Source of the DNA: a virus
Lineage: Duplodnaviria > Caudoviricetes
IMG/VR virus record: IMGVR_UViG_3300043432_000417
Coordinates: 1-45,140 of that record
Strand: one strand, 5' to 3'
Length of the DNA: 45,140 nucleotides
The notes under the pieces are model-generated. The model ran no database searches, was not told the origin of the DNA, and saw nothing but the letters and a program-made list of their open reading frames with translations. Positions 44,850 through 45,140 of the stretch are shown here, in pieces. A program made the position numbers and the translations under genes. Numbering within the stretch: the first letter of the stretch is position 1; every line of letters begins with the position of its first letter.

Positions 44850-45046
44850 GACGCTTCCCTCGCCATCTTCGCGTTCTTGAGCACATCCGCCGCGAAGACT
44901 TCCGCTTCAGTGAACGAGAATTCGAGCCACGGAACGGGCGAATGGTCGTGGCAGCAAAACTCGACACGCACCGTGACGCCCTTTGGTGGATGCGGCTTCA
45001 CCGTGAGCGAGCGCACCGGATCGCACTTCGTGCACGTCATGACCAC
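44846..45046 (-). CDS. Small Cys-containing hypothetical protein
   Basis: CTKC...CCHDH; first gene of the right-end minus-strand unit. Confidence 0.45.
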   Translation of the reverse strand: MVMTCTKCDPVRSLTVKPHPPKGVTVRVEFCCHDHSPVPWLEFSFTEAEVFAADVLKNAKMAREAS

Positions 45047-45140
45047 TCCGTGGGCGCCGGCGTGCGATCCAACTCGACGATCGCTTGCGGTGGAATGGTT
45101 GCAGTTTCCCCGGAAAATTCACCCGCGGAAATTTTTGGGC

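Larger units (their letters stand above)
1..45140. mobile_element. Probable complete (or near-complete) myovirus-type bacteriophage genome, likely myxobacterial host
   Basis: Full set of packaging, head, contractile tail, baseplate, lysis, replication and recombination genes. No host housekeeping genes at either end. Minus-strand genes run off the left end and resume at the right end, consistent with a circular map. Confidence 0.9.

Noticed and set aside
1-45140. tRNA/rRNA genes, integrase, att sites
   Set aside because: None recognised; intergenic gaps are few and short. A tRNAscan/HMM run would be needed to exclude them formally.

Overview
The window looks like an essentially complete, GC-rich (roughly 65% by eye) tailed phage genome with a contractile tail. 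The host is probably a myxobacterium (Polyangiales-style lipoprotein and response regulator; inference). Transcription diverges from a back-to-back promoter pair at ~4200-4260. The rightward arm (4287-11648) encodes a RecT-like annealase, a Cas4-like PD-(D/E)XK exonuclease, a ParB-like protein, an Acb2/Tad1-like candidate and a lipoprotein. The leftward arm encodes an HTH regulator, a RusA-like resolvase and a DnaB-N/AAA helicase followed by a palindromic putative origin. If the ends join, it continues from 45140 through a sugar-nucleotide/glycosylation cluster, terminase, portal, S49 protease, Mu-gpT-like capsid, tail (with a G GGA AAA -1 frameshift), baseplate, receptor-binding proteins and lysis genes. 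I found no integrase, tRNA or CRISPR array. The most striking feature is a near-complete NDP-heptose pathway: a transaldolase-family enzyme plus GmhA-, HddA- and HddC-like proteins, without GmhB. It sits with two glycosyltransferase genes and two methyltransferase-like genes woven around the terminase genes, suggesting a self-supplied (methyl)heptosylation system, most plausibly acting on the virion. A stand-alone response regulator lies inside the lysis cassette. All calls come from motif recognition by eye; no database searches were run.
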